Below the pieces are notes generated by a model. It searched no databases. It was not told the DNA's origin and saw nothing but the letters and a program-made list of their open reading frames with translations. A stretch of DNA of 64,000 nucleotides from Mobula hypostoma. Lineage: Eukaryota. A program made the translations under genes and the position numbers. Shown piece by piece: positions 11,530-24,696 of the stretch. The stretch spans positions 138,634,001 through 138,698,000 of the forward strand of contig NC_086097.1 of assembly GCF_963921235.1 (NCBI RefSeq), written 5' to 3'. Every line of letters starts with the position of its first letter. Positions within the stretch are counted from its first letter, which is position 1.

Positions 11530-12990
11530 ATTGTGGGAGCAGCCCTAGTGTGAGTGGACAGAGTTAGTGGGGAACTGAGGCTTTGGTGAGAAGAGTTGAG
11601 ATTTCTATCAAGTTCCTAATTTTTTTTTATTACTGTTTACTTAGAAGAGTGAAAATAAATCCCAGAACAGTGGTGTGCTCCTCTTGCAAGATGTAGGAGA
11701 CCTGGGAGACCCCCAGTGATTAATACATCCGTGAGAACTGGAGTTGGATGACAAACGGTTCATCTGGGAGAATGAGGAATTAATATATAGGAACTACAAG
11801 TAAGTAGTCAACCTAAGTTACAAGAGATAGGTAACTAGGTGACTATCAAGAGAGGCAAAGGGAATAGACAAACAATGAAGAGTATCCCTGTGGCTGTTCC
11901 CTCAATAACAAGTCTACTGCTTTGGGTACTGTTGAGAGGTACAGCCTACTGAAAGTTGTAACCACCAGATCTCTGGCACTGAGTTTGGCTCTGTGTCTCA
12001 GAAGAGAATGGGGGAGAAGAGGAGAGCAGGAGTGATAGGGGTTTCTATAGCTAGGGGAACAAATGGGAGATTCTGTCAATGTGAAAGAGACTCCTACATG
12101 GTATGTTATCTCCCAGGTGTCAGGGTCAGGGAGGTCTCATATTCGGTCTACAGTATTCTTAAAGGGGAGGGTGAGCTACCAGAAGTCATTGTATGCATTG
12201 GTAGGAAAAAGATGAGGTCCTGAAGATCGAATATAGGGAGCTGGGTAGGAAGCTAAAAAGCAGGACCCCAAGGATAGCAATCTTTAGGTAGCTGCTTTGA
12301 CCAAGCACAATTGAGGGTAAGAATAGGATAGTGTGGCACATGAATATGTGGCATGTACCTTGGGGTCCATGTCCATAGATCCCTTAAAGTTGCTGTCAAT
12401 AGGGTGATTAAGAAGGTGTATGGCATGTTGGTCATTGGACTGAGTTCAAGAGCTGTGAGGTATTAGCTGTATAACATTTTTGTTAGACCACACTTTGAGG
12501 ATTTTGTTGATTTCTGGTCACTTCATTTTAGGAAAAATGTAGAAACTTTAGAGAGATTTCCCAGGCTGTTGTCTGGATTAGTAAGCATGAATTATGAGGA
12601 AAGGTTGAATGAAGTAGGACTTCTCTCTTTGGAGCAGAGGAGGATGAGAAGTGACCTGAAGATGATAGGAGGCATTGATAGAGTGGACATCTGCCCAGGG
12701 CAGAAACAGCTAATAGGCTAATATGAGAGAGCTTATTTTAAGGTGATTGGAGGGAAGTGTTCGGGGGGAGGGGCAGGTAACCAAAATGTTTTTGTTTACC
12801 CACGGAGTGGTGGGTGCATGAATCATGATGCCAGAGGTGGTGGTAGAGGCAGATACATTTAGGGCGTTTAAGGGACTCTGGTACAGGTACATTTTTGAAA
12901 GAAAAAAATGGAGGGCTATGATCTTGGAGTAGGTTAAAAGGTGGACACAGTCAGCACAGTACAAAGGTCAAAGGCCTGTACTTTTCTGTA
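11530..12990 (+). mobile_element. Decayed CR1 LINE: 5'/ORF1 esterase region joined to the 3' RT end
   Basis: VCYLPGVRV...KGEGELPEVIVCIG (SGNH-esterase ORF1), followed after a large deletion by RT C-terminal and 3' UTR sequence. Confidence 0.8.
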
Positions 12991-13701
12991 TTCTAAGTGT
13001 AGTCTTAAAAAATTCAAATGTTTGTCTTTAAAGCATAAAGACCATTTATGATTGCCTTTACTGTGTTGAAGACAGTTAATTGTGGTGAGTCGGCTTTTGA
13101 AGAAATTTAATTGCAGGAAGTGATGGGAAGCTGCAGATATTTTGGCCTGAGGGTTTACTGCATGCTATTTACTGCCAGGTAGTCTCAGGCTGCTGAGGAA
13201 AACGCCAGCAGTTGGTTGAGACCTGTAGTGTTGATAGGCGAGGATTCATGGGGCTCTGAAACTAGCTACAGAGCAGCAGGAAATGCATTGGGTTTATTGA
13301 AAAGACGCAAGTAATGACATCTATGCTTGTGATTCTTAATCAAAAGTAGAGCATCTTAGATGTTCCTCGTTGAAGGTAGGGAGAATAGTTGAGACAAGTC
13401 TGGAAACTGAGCTGAGGTCCAGTCTTGACACTGAGTACTACATACCATGTTTGCAAACCCTCAGAATCTCTTTGAGCTGCCATTTCAGAATTTGTTCTTC
13501 AGGTTAACAAAGTACTAATCTGAGCATCTTGTATGTCTGATTTTTGTTGTGGTTTGTTGGTGTGCCACTAACATACAGTATAACAGAAGTGCATAGTTGT
13601 GGAGAGATTGCAAACTCCACATCAAACTTCAGGTATTGTGCTGTAAAAATTTGGGCAGGTGAGTTTTGTAATTCTGGCATTCTTTTGCATTGGATGATAA
13701 A

Positions 13702-15274
13702 CAGTGTCTTGACCAGGGATTTTGATCTATTTCATTTTAGAATTTTTATTTGTGAATTACATACTCATTTTTTTCACAGTGGAGCCGAAGAAACGGAAAA
13801 TTATAAAGCATGAAAAACTAAAAATTTTAAAACTGAAATGTCAGCAGTTTAGAAGTATTCATCCCCCTTTGTTCAGTACTTAGTTGAACCACCTTTTGCA
13901 GCTTTTACAGCCAGTGGTCTTTTTGGTAAGTCTTTTGTAGCTTTGCACGGCATGATGGAGCAAGATTTGCCCATTCCTCCTTGCAAGATTGCTCAAGCTG
14001 TGCCTCATTGGTTGAGGAGTAACAAGGGACAGCAATCTTGCGCTCTTGCCAGAGATATTTGATTGGGATAATGTTAGGTCTGACTGGGCCTCTCAAAGAA
14101 ACAATTGTTTTTCATGTGAAGCCACTCCATGGTTGCTCTGGCAGTGTGCTTTGGGTCATTGTCTTGCTGAAAGGGAAACTGCCTTCCTAGGTTAAGCTTT
14201 CTGACAGAGGCTAACAGATTTTTATCCAGGATCTTTCTATGTCTACCAGCATTCATCTTCCCATCAATCCTGACCAGATTTCCATTCCCTGCAGCATGAT
14301 GCTACCTCCACCATACTTTACAATAGAGACAGTGTTACCTGGCTGATGTACAGTATTAGATTTATGCCACATGTACCGCTTAGTGTTAAGGCCAAAAAGT
14401 TCCATTTTAAACTTATCTTTCTTCCACATTGAAAAGTATAGCACAGAAACAGGCCCTTCAGCTCACCTAATCCATGGCAAACCATTTAATCTGCCTACTC
14501 CCGTTGACCTGCACCCGGACCATAGTTCTCCATACCCTTATCATCCATGTGTCATCTTTACATTATCTTCTGAGTGACACTTTGCAAAGTGTTTTACGGG
14601 CAAGAATATGGTTTTTTTTAAGCCAGAGCTACTGCTTTGCCACTCTTCCATAAGAGCCCTTTTTGTGCAAGGCCTTAGAGATTATGGAACCATGAACATC
14701 TTCATTTGCAGTCTCTGACTTCTGCAGCACACTCAGAGTGACTGTTGGCATCACAGTAACCTCTCTTATAAGTACCATTCTTCTGTGGCGACTAAGTTTA
14801 GAGGGGCGGCCTAACCTATGCAGTGTGGCTATGTTTTCATACTCTTTCCACTTTTTCAAGATGAACTACACTGAACTCCTAAGTATGTTCAGTGCCTTTG
14901 AGATGGCCTTGTACTCTTCTCCAAAATTGTCCTTCTCTATTATCATTTCCCTGACGTGTCGCAAATGCTCTTTTATCTTCATTTTGGTTTGGTCTCTTGA
15001 AAGTCTACCATACTTGGATCTTACAGTATTGAACCTGAGGAAAATTAGCATAGTAATTGCAAAGGGAACAAATACTTTTTCTGCCGCACAATTGTGGTTT
15101 ATAATTTTTTAGTAGACTTTTGACAGGTTGTGAAATTTTTCTTTTGGTTTGACATGATGCATAATGTTTAGTAGATTAGCTCAAAAATACTATTTCAGTA
15201 TATTTTAGATTTAGAAAATGAGACAAAAAAATGCTAAAGTGGTTGTAGGGGGCTGAATATTTTTTCAAGGCACT
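13702..15274 (-). mobile_element. Decayed Tc1-like transposon with a small CR1-tail insert (about 14433-14550)
   Basis: Minus-strand fragments [52 protein letters not shown]. Ends resemble cagtgccttgaaaa TIRs. Confidence 0.88.
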
Positions 15275-17031
15275 ATGCAATAATGAGCAAACACTCAGGG
15301 CTTCATCAAAATGATAAAAAGCCTCAAATACATTTGCATTTCCCCATTCTTCAACTTTCCCAGTGCAATTTGAAATAATTTTCTAACACTTGTATATGAC
15401 TCCAACAGCTGTTGTAGTTTTGGTCTCCTTCAAGTAAAAGTCCTCCCATTCTTACAGCCTCATATCAATAGAATAGGCCAAACCTAAATCCAGAAGCTCT
15501 TTGTTCCTGTACTGAAGCTGAATTTTTATTATTAATGTGGCTTTTGACATTATTGACATGGATTTTGAGTTAGAAGTGGCATGGAGTTCAGCAGCAGCAA
15601 AGTGACAGGAAATTTGTGATGCAATATAGTTTCTCCAAAGAGTTCTGTGGCGAGTTTTGGGCATTGCAGGTAAGGTTAAAATCAGAAAGGAATTAAGGAC
15701 CATGTTCATCTGCACAGGAAATTGATTGTAAAGATTTTCTAGGACTACTTTCACAGAAGATCAAAATGGTGAAAAGTCTCATTCAACACCTTTCTCAGCA
15801 TCAAAGTCCCAAAGCTATGAAATAAGAAATGTATCAACCAACTATGTTGCTACTACAAATACTGGTTAATCTGTTTACATCTAGCTCTTCTCCCTTGAAG
15901 GCAGTTCCATAGAATTTTATAAGATTTACCTCCACCTCCTACTAACTGAATTCTTGGTTTTGAACTTGCCAACTTAGGACTCTGAACAAGAAGCAAGGAT
16001 TTAAGGAACATGAATAGCTCAGGCAACTACAAATTTTGATGAAGGTTCTAGAGGAGGCTTCTTGGGAAGTTGGTGACACTGTCATTATCACTGTATAGAA
16101 AACATTAACACTGCCCAGTAGTGTAAGACTGCAGAATGATCTTGGATTCACCACATAGGTACACAAATCCACTTCCATTCTTTATGAGCTACTGTCCCAA
16201 GTGCCTTCAGTTGCATCCTCTGTTCTCAAATGCTGATTGTCTGTCCCACAGTTCGATAACATGCGGAGCAACTGATAATTTTCTCACGTTGTCTGTTATT
16301 TTGGCCAAACCTAAATTATTTACTGCAACCCCCACACCAGTTTTCTCAGATCTGAGAGAGCGGAGCTTGACTGTATTAAGTCAATGTTGACATACTGATA
16401 TCTGAATATCTCACTCTGTTTACTAGGATTGTTCTGAGGAGTGATGTTGACCCTACTGACAAGCACAATGCTACCTCCCCTACCACTTTCACTGTGTCAA
16501 TGTGACAAATGTCAATGTCTATTCCATTCAGACCCAGTTCGTATTTATTTGTACACACTGATAAAATTATTTCCTTCCACCTGTCATTGCCTCCCTTCCT
16601 TTAAAATTGCTGCAATTGTTTCCAACTTGCTTTAAACAAAATATCTCTGGTCCTGATGTGCTGGTAAATGGTTTAGATTATGTATGGTTTGGATAACATA
16701 GTCAAATGATACATTGCAATTACAAAAGTGCTGATCTACTAGTAAAACTGTAGAGTTAAATGTTGGTTAGGAACTTTCTTTCTTTTAAATCTGCAGTTAC
16801 AAATCATGTCATAAATCACAAGTTTGGTTTTTGTTCCTGCTATAGTTAACAGTTGTTGCAACCAGATTTAAAGCCTATTCATTGCTGTGCTGTGGATTCT
16901 GTCCTTCCTACTGCTAAAGGCTGGTCACTTTACCACATCTGAAGACAATTTATAAGACTCTTGCAGCTTGTTCAGAGATGTAAATGATCAAATTGCCTTG
17001 TTGTAAAGACTCTCCTTTCTCCTTGTTTCAG

Positions 17032-17134
17032 CATGCTTGCAGAGAAGCTGAATATGACTCCTGAAGAAGCAGAGCGATGGATTGTCAACTTGATTCGAAA
17101 TGCCAGGTTGGATGCGAAAATAGATTCCAAACTG
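17032..17134 (+). CDS. EIF3E: EIF3E (eIF3 subunit E/INT6) internal coding exon, third from last, PCI-domain region
   Basis: Translates (S)[34 protein letters not shown], near-identical to vertebrate EIF3E. Polypyrimidine tract with tttcag acceptor (AG 17030-17031) and CTG|gtaagt donor at 17135. 103 nt. Confidence 0.97.
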
Positions 17135-17429
17135 GTAAGTGGGTCTCTGAAAATGTTGTTTTGTTGGTTTGCTTCAAAAGCAAATCCATTCAAGTGGATT
17201 TTGAGTCTTATTGTGAAACAAGGAGGTGGAGGTTTGGGGAATTCATTGGTTAGTATCAAGTTGTCTCCTTTTCAAAGTATACAACAGTAGTGTGCAATAT
17301 CTAGATGGCCTCATTGTTCTGTGGAAGCATATCACATTTGTATAGTTTTTGATAATTTTTATGTAACTTTTTTACTGAAAGGAAAGTTGGGCAAGCTATT
17401 TATGGAATAACCAACTTAAAGATGAGCTT

Positions 17430-17660
17430 TATCTGTCACATGTCCATCGAAACAGCCGCAAGTGTCTTTGGAATGTGGGAGGAAAACGGAGCACCCAGGA
17501 GAGACCTGTGGGAAGAACGTACAAAATCCTCATAAACAACAGGAATTGAACCCCAATTTTACAGCTGGTGCTCTAAAGTGTTACGCCCACTGCTACACTA
17601 CCATGCTGCACTTGCGCTACTGTGCTGCCCATTACACTGCTGTGCACCCTTTATGCTACC
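17430..17660 (-). mobile_element. tRNA-derived V-domain SINE fragment
   Basis: gtctttggaatgtgggaggaaaacggagcaccc is the reverse complement of the V-SINE core. Confidence 0.7.
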
Positions 17661-18447
17661 GTGCTGCCCTACCTACTTAAACTTGCAATTACCTAATGAA
17701 AAAAATTGTGGCGAAAACCTCTTTACTTTCCAACTGCCATAACTATCCAATAAACCAGCTGTCTTCTGGCTTTCTGTTTACAGTGACTCCTCACAGAAAG
17801 CAAGCCATTCTCCTTTCACTGTTCATGGTTAGTTATCCCTAATCACACATCTTTATATGATCTCTAAATACTCTCTACTTCTACAAACACAATGTGGTTG
17901 CATTTTTTGTGTTTTTAATTGATAACTGTCTTTGGTTCAGCTGCTTCTTCAGGCCTGATAAGGAGTTTAACTTAATAGCTCATGTAACAAATATAAAACA
18001 TAAATCAGGATAGTACTTGAAGGGTTAATGGCAGTGCCACCAAGTTAACTTGATGAAAAATAAGTTTGCGAGATGTACTAAAAGAAATTTCAGATTTCAG
18101 TTCAAGAGTTGGAACCTATAAGTGAATGTAATAGACTGACTAAATGTGCATGGGTTCAATCCATACTGAGCAATTAATCCAAGCCAAGACTTCGTATAGA
18201 CTTCAGTGCAATATTGAAAGAATGCTGCATCCCTTCAAGTGCAATTCTTTTAGATGAGCCTGTAATCTAAGACCATCATTCTTGAAATCGGGTAAACATT
18301 TGAAAAGTAGGGAGCTGACTGGATACCTGGTCAAAATTTATAATTAAGCCCCAAAACAGTGCCCTTGCCATGTATATTACTACATTTTGCAGGAGCTTGT
18401 GTGCACCATGTGGGCTGCTGAATTTGTCTATACGGCAATAATAAGTA

Positions 18448-19991
18448 CAGGTGTCCCCCACTTTTGGAACGTTCACTTTCCGAAACCTCACTATTACGAA
18501 GGACCCACATTAGTACCCTGTTTTCGCTAACAGAAGGTGTTTTCACTGTTATGAAAAAAGCAGCACGTGATAAAAGGCAGCGTGCGCCCTGAGCAGCCGC
18601 TCTCTCCTGGATTCGGAACTGCATTCTCGCCGGCATTGCTTAAACACGTGTCTGTGAGCAGTCGTTAGCAAGATGAGTTCTATGGTATCGGAAAAGCCTG
18701 AAAGAGCTCATAAGGGTGTTACACTTAGCGTAAAACTAGACATAATTAAGCGTTTTGATCGTGGTGAATGAAGTAAGGACAACATGAGTTTGGCTTGTGG
18801 AAGCTGACGAAGATGATGTTGAAGAGGTTTTGGCATCCCATGACCAAGAACTGATAGATGAAGAGCTGATGCAATTGGAAGAGGAAAGGATAACAATCAA
18901 AACTGGATGAGTAATGATAAAGTACGACTTTAATTTTGAAAGGGTACGTCAGTTTAGGGTATATTTGCAGGATGGTTTGAGTGCTTACAAAGAACTGTAT
19001 GATAGAAAAATGCGCGAGGTTCAGCAGTCAAGCAAGCCTTCCACATCAGCCACAGCAGACAACGAACTTCGACCTTCGACATCGAGGCGGGCAGTCATAG
19101 GAGAAGATGAGCTGCCTGCTCGAATGGAAATAGACGACGAGATGACACCCCAGTGTCCCACCACCCCAGTCCCTGGGCTGCGGACAGATACCGATTTGCG
19201 GAGAATGCAGCAGTAGCCAGGAGACACACAGCACATCTTTAAGAAAAAAGCCGAAATAAACATGCTAATTAATTAGGTGCCACCCGACACGTAATTGTCA
19301 GCCCAGATCAGAGACAATGCAATCGGCACTGATCTGGGCCAACAATTACGTACCGGGCGGCACCTAATTAATTAACATGTTTATTTCGGCTTTTTTCTTC
19401 AAGATGTGCTGTGTGCCTCCCAGCTACCACTGTACCTCTGCATTCTCTGTGGATCGGTATCGGTTCGCTGCCCGGAGGGTGGGGGCCACTGCACCACCCA
19501 AACTCCGACGACTCAGTCTAACACACCATCATCAGTGTGCTCTGTGCTTTCCCAATTCCAGTAAGTGATACTACACTGTACATACATTATTTCTACTTTA
19601 TATTGGCTGTGTATTTTTTACGTGTTACTTGGTATGATTTGGGATCTTCATAGCTTAAAGGTTACCGGAGAGTGCTTGCGCCGTGTTTTTGCCGACAGTG
19701 CTTGCGTGAGATTTTCGCTACAGAGAACAGTTCAGGCATTGATTGTGGAAAAGTATTTCTACTTTATATAAGCTGTGTATTTATCATATCATTCCTGCTT
19801 TTACTATATGTTACTGTTATTTTAGGTTTTATGTGTTATTTGGCATGATTTGGTAGGTCATTTTTGAGTCTGCGAACGCTCACAAAATTTTCCCATATAA
19901 ATAAATGGTAATTGCTTCTTCACTTTACGACATTCCGGCTTATGAACCGTTTCATAGGAACGCTCTACCTTCGGATGGCGGGGGAAACCTA
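18448..19991 (+). mobile_element. Non-autonomous pogo/Tigger-like transposon, copy 1
   Basis: TA-caggtgtccccc ... ggggaaacct(a)-TA. Remnant MSS.VSEKPERAHKGVTLSVKLDIIKRFDRGE (CENP-B-type HTH) and an acidic C-terminal remnant. Confidence 0.88.
19151..19491. mobile_element. Palindromic hAT-type MITE inside Tigger copy 1
   Basis: cagtg...cactg ends. Long internal inverted repeat: cagcacatctttaagaaaaaagccgaaataaacatg...taattaattaggtgcc vs ggcacctaattaattaacatgtttatttcggcttttttcttcaagatgtgctg. Confidence 0.75.
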
Positions 19992-20007
19992 TATACTTAA
20001 AACTGTA

Positions 20008-22591
20008 CAGGTTTCCCCCGCTATCCGAAGGTAGAGCGTTCCTATGAAACGGTTCGTAAGCCGGAATGTCGTAAAGTGAAGAAGCAATTACCATTTATTT
20101 ATATGGGAAAATTTTGTGAGCGTTCGCAGACTCAAAAATGACCTACCAAATCATGCCAAATAACACATAAAATCTAAAATAACAGTAACATATACTAAAA
20201 GCAGGAATGATATGATAAATACGCAGCTTATATAAAGTAGAAATACTTTTCTGCAGCACTGTCTAGCGCAGCGAAAATCTTGCAGAAGCACTCTCGACAG
20301 AAACACTCTCTCTGGTAACCTTTAAGCTATGAAGCTGCCAAATCATACCAAATAACACATAAAAATACACAGCCTATATAAAGTAGAAATAATGTATGTA
20401 CAGTGTAGTTTCACTTACTGGAATCGGGAAGACTCCAATAAATTGCAGTTTCGTCAAACACTTGCTTATACGAATAACCACCTGATGCAATCGGCATTCG
20501 CCTCTGATCTGGGCCAACATTTATGTGCCGGGCGGCACCTAATTAATTAGCTTGTTTATTTCGGCTTTTTTCTTAAAGATGTGCTGGGTGCGTCCCGACT
20601 ACTGCTGCACCACTGCATTCTTCGCGACAATGTATCAGTCCGTGGCCCGGAGGTTGGGGACCACTGCTTAAACCAGGGGTCCCCAACCTTTTTTGCACTG
20701 CGGACCGGTTTAATATTGACAATATTCTTGCAGACCGGCCAACCCGGGGTGGGGGGGGCGGTGGGTGTAGAGTTGCCAACGGACAAGAATAGCAGTCAAA
20801 TACATTGTGTTTACCCAGAGAGACTACAATGACCATGAAGCCTTGCCGGGCACCAGTCACATGTGTGTATGTGCTGATTTTTTTTCTACAAATCGTTTTT
20901 GTCAATTCTGTTCGGGGGTGGGGGGGGTAATCACGACCAGAATATAGGTGATAAGTGGCTAATACACTCAATTTCGTTTCTAAAAGGGTTTATCTAACGA
21001 ATTTAATATTAAACACACAGCGCATATTTTCCTTGCATGAATAAGAGTGATAAGTCAATTATCAGGGGAGGACAGGGGAGCTTGAAGTAAGTGTTGAACG
21101 AACTTCCAGTAGAAGTGGTAGAGGCAGGTTTGATATTATCATTTAAAAAAAAAATTGGATAGGTATATGGACAGGAAAGGAATGGAGCGTTATGGGCTGA
21201 GTGCAGGTCGGTGGGACTAGGTGAGAGTAGCGTTCGGCACGGACTAGAAGGGCAGAGATGGCCTGTTTCCGTGCTGTAATTGTTATATGGTTATATAAGT
21301 CACTTATAAGTCAATAGCATCATAACATTTTAAGTAACATTTGGACATTAAACACACAGCACACATTTTCCCCGTATGAACACTTAAAATCATTGCAACA
21401 CACCAATATCGCTGAATCAGTGGGAGCCCTGGGCTTGTTTCCCTGCAACAAGACGGTCCCATCAAGGGGTGATGGGAGACAGCGATACTCGAAGGGGGTT
21501 CCTTATGTCCAGTATATTCCGCAATTTAATTTTTGTTGCATTCACTGCAGAGGTATGTTGGAAATGGAAGCAACGTTTTCAGTACTTTCGTGGCTATCTC
21601 AGGATATTTAGCCTTGACTTTGATCCGGAATGCCAGCAGAGATGTTATGTCAAACATACTTTTCAGCCCACCGACATTTGCAAGCTCGAGGAGTTGATCT
21701 CCGTCCCGCGCTGACATGGATGATGCGCGGTTAATGAGCTCGCGTGCGTTCAAGCTCAACAGTGGGTGTGACAGGGAATGAGGAAAGGTGCCACTGACTC
21801 CTGTCGCCATATCATATCGTTTCCTCACGGCCCGGTAGCACATGCTTTGCGGCCCGATACCGGTCCGCGGCCCAGTGGTTGGGGACCACTGGCTTAAACT
21901 ATGAAGGTGCCCTCGCCTCAGAAACCAATCAAACCACTCATGAATTCCTTTAAATTCCACTTTCGCAACACTTTCATCACCATCTTCCAGTGTTTTCTGT
22001 TTCAGCTTATTAAAAAGACTGACTGATTTCTCCTTAAGTATAAGAAAACTTAACGGAACACCACACTTTGTTCACCCATCAATCCACTCAAGCAATAGAC
22101 TTCCCATTTTATCCATTATTGGATGCCGACTAAGAGAGACCACTTTGCTATGAGCAGAACCAACAGTAACATCTCTAGCTTTCAAAATTCTTTCTCTCTG
22201 CGTATAAATAGTGCAAATGGTGGATGCAGACAAGTTCAACGCACGGACAAAGTCCTTACTTCGTTCACCACGATCGAAACGCTTAATTATGTCTAGTTTT
22301 ACGCTAAGTATAACACCCTTACGAGCTCTTTTAGGCTTTTCCGATACCTTAGAACTCATCTTGCTAACGGATGCACAAAATAAATCAAGATAAAGCGCGT
22401 GTTTAAGCATGCCGGCTAGAATGCAGTTCCGGGGGGAGAGCTTGGCTGTTTGGGTGCGTGCTGCCTTTTTTCACATGCTGCCTTTTTTCGTAACAGTGAA
22501 GACACCTTCTGTTCGCGAAAATAGGTAACTAATGTAGGTCTTTCGTAACAACGAGGTGTAAAGCGAACATTCGGAAAATGGGGACCACCTG
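20008..22591 (-). mobile_element. pogo/Tigger-like transposon, copy 2, inverted relative to copy 1
   Basis: TA-caggtttccccc ... ggggaccacctg-TA. Minus ORF MSSKVSEKPKRARKGVILSVKLDIIKRFDRGERSKD...LLLEWID. Confidence 0.9.
20674..21891 (-). mobile_element. hAT (Charlie/Buster-like) element nested in Tigger copy 2, carrying a CR1 3' fragment (about 21090-21295)
   Basis: TIRs caggggtccccaacc / ggttggggaccactg. 8-bp TSD gcttaaac (20666-20673, 21892-21899). Minus-strand dimerisation-domain remnant LLELANVGGLKSMF...YPEIATKVLKTLLPFPTYLC. Confidence 0.9.
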
Positions 22592-23278
22592 TATAGTGTT
22601 TTGTGACGCTAAGCCATGGGGCATTAAACAAAGCCTAATAAATTCTCTTTCAAGGAGTAAGCTTTGATGAGATGGGTTATGGCACACTGTAGACTGAAAC
22701 TTGTCTGTGGATATTCACAGCCAGCCTTTCTGCTATTTCATCTGGCCAATAGAGGACCATTGTTAACTGCCTTGATACCTAAAGCTAGAGGGTCCATCTC
22801 ACGTTAATGGGCAGACTGAACACCACTAAGATTTTTAAAAATCTGGCATTGATCGATATAAACCCTCATGATGTGGTGCTCCTGACTGAACCAAGTAGAC
22901 CATTGATTTCCTCATTGTCTCCAGACGCTAGAAATCAATCAGAACACTAGACTTGAAACGTTGTAATCCAAATAGAAAGACGATCTGTAGTTGAAACATA
23001 CATACTCATCCTCTCTCCCTTGAGCCTGAAGGTTCACACTACCATCGGAATATTTTGGCCAAGTGTTTTAGCCCACACATTCCATGGATTGTTGGCTTGC
23101 TCATTAACCATGAACAAGTTCATTTTGCTAAAAATTGGGTAAGATCAGGGATTATGGTTTGTATATAAATAACATTGATTATTTTATTCTTGTGGGATGT
23201 GAGCATCGCTACAATATCAAACAACATCTATCTCTCAATGTCTTCAGGAAGGTTGGGATCAGCAGCTGCTGTGAACCC

Positions 23279-24167
23279 TGTTACGTACCCCGTAACTGGG
23301 TTGCCAAACCAGCAGAAATGGATCACTCAGTTGGAGTCTGGATTACTAGAACTAAGGAAGTTTTATTAAAGAAACAAGCAACACAGTACTCTAATCAAAA
23401 GGATAATAAATGCAACAGTTCAGCAATGATAAACACACATGTACACAGAATTAGGATAACAGGATCAATCAAGCTCTATCGTCGTCTAGGGGTAAATGAC
23501 CAGTTTCAAAGTGATGCAAAGATCAGTTCAATTGAGTTCAGTTCAGTTCACAGTAATCACTGCCGTGGGAGATGGACAGTTGTGGGAAGGAAAGAGAGCG
23601 CAAAAACGAATGAATATTCAAACGGCTTCCACACAGATCTTCGATATTCTTCGCAGTCAGCTTTTGGGCGAGCCCTTTGTGATGTCTTCTGAGGTCACCG
23701 ACCGTGACCCCTCCGTTTCCAGATACGATTGTTTCTCTGCAGTGAACCCGGCACCCAGGCAAGGGCGGACACACACCAGGTTCCCACCGATCGTACCTTT
23801 CCACCCTGTGCGTCTATGGCTTGGTCCCGCGACCAGCCCTCCAAAACCTCCCACCGACTTGTGGGAGATGCACTGCTTCCAGGGTCTCGTTACCTCGGGG
23901 TGTCGTGTGTGTCTTGCCTTAGTGAACCTGTCCCTTTTTATACCCCTGCTGGGGTATCGCCTGTCCATCACTTCAAACAGTTCAGGGTTCAAAGGGGGGG
24001 CCGCTCTTGACAGCTCTCCTTCCATCCCTTAATTAACATCTCCAAATGCTGCTCCATTGTTTTCCTTATCTCTCTTTGTCCTGAAGACAGGTGGCAGACC
24101 AACCGCTGATCCCACTGGTGCCAGCACAGGACAGTTAACATCTTAATCTATGTGTACTCTCGTCACA
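23279..24167 (-). mobile_element. Solo LTR, 889 bp, probably Gypsy-type
   Basis: Termini TGTTACG...CGTCACA with 4-bp flanks accc/actc. Minus-strand TATA box (ggggtataaaaagg, about 23933-23946) and AATAAA (about 23362-23367). CpG-rich. Confidence 0.8.
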
Positions 24168-24696
24168 ACTCTTCCAGTCCATATGTTGAAGATGCATCCA
24201 GAGTTCCAGGATTTGGAATTAGTGATAACCATTGAAGCCACGTGGAGTGGAGTTTTGCAGGAAGTGATAGAAAGAAGAATGAGAATTTTTTAATTGGTTC
24301 AACATGTAAATTGGTATAGACCTTCACATCACCAAATTAATTTGTAGCTGAAAGATTAAAGTGTCAGAGGGATTCATATTCATGGCACCTTGACACTAGT
24401 TCCAAAACAGGAAGGAATAGGACCAATAGCACAGATTCAGCTGAACTGCATGGGACCTGTGATCGAGCAGAAATTATACTGGCAAAGACTTGAAATTAGC
24501 AGGAAATGTAATGATGGTGAGGGAGTGACTTGCGAGATTGCACTAATTGGTGGATCCACCAGGCCATCTACTAGTGAAAGGGAGGTAAAGAAGAAATAAA
24601 TTCAGGAAATGAATTTAAAAATAGAATAATCACAGGGGATTTCAACCACTCTGATGTTAATTGAACAATAAAGGGGCAAGACTTCTTTATGAACCA

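Noticed and set aside
15452..15754. 100-aa minus ORF in otherwise unassigned sequence
   Set aside because: No recognisable homology or supporting splice structure.
1..17031. An upstream EIF3E exon (expected ...FIFETFCRIHQCISI)
   Set aside because: No matching sequence found by eye or in the ORF track. It probably lies before the window.
17033..17290. 85-aa ORF as a standalone protein
   Set aside because: Only the first 34 codons match EIF3E; the rest is read-through past the gtaagt donor at 17135.
23135..24032. Overlapping 120-185 aa ORFs
   Set aside because: They lie in or cross the edge of the solo LTR and show no gag/pol/env motifs.
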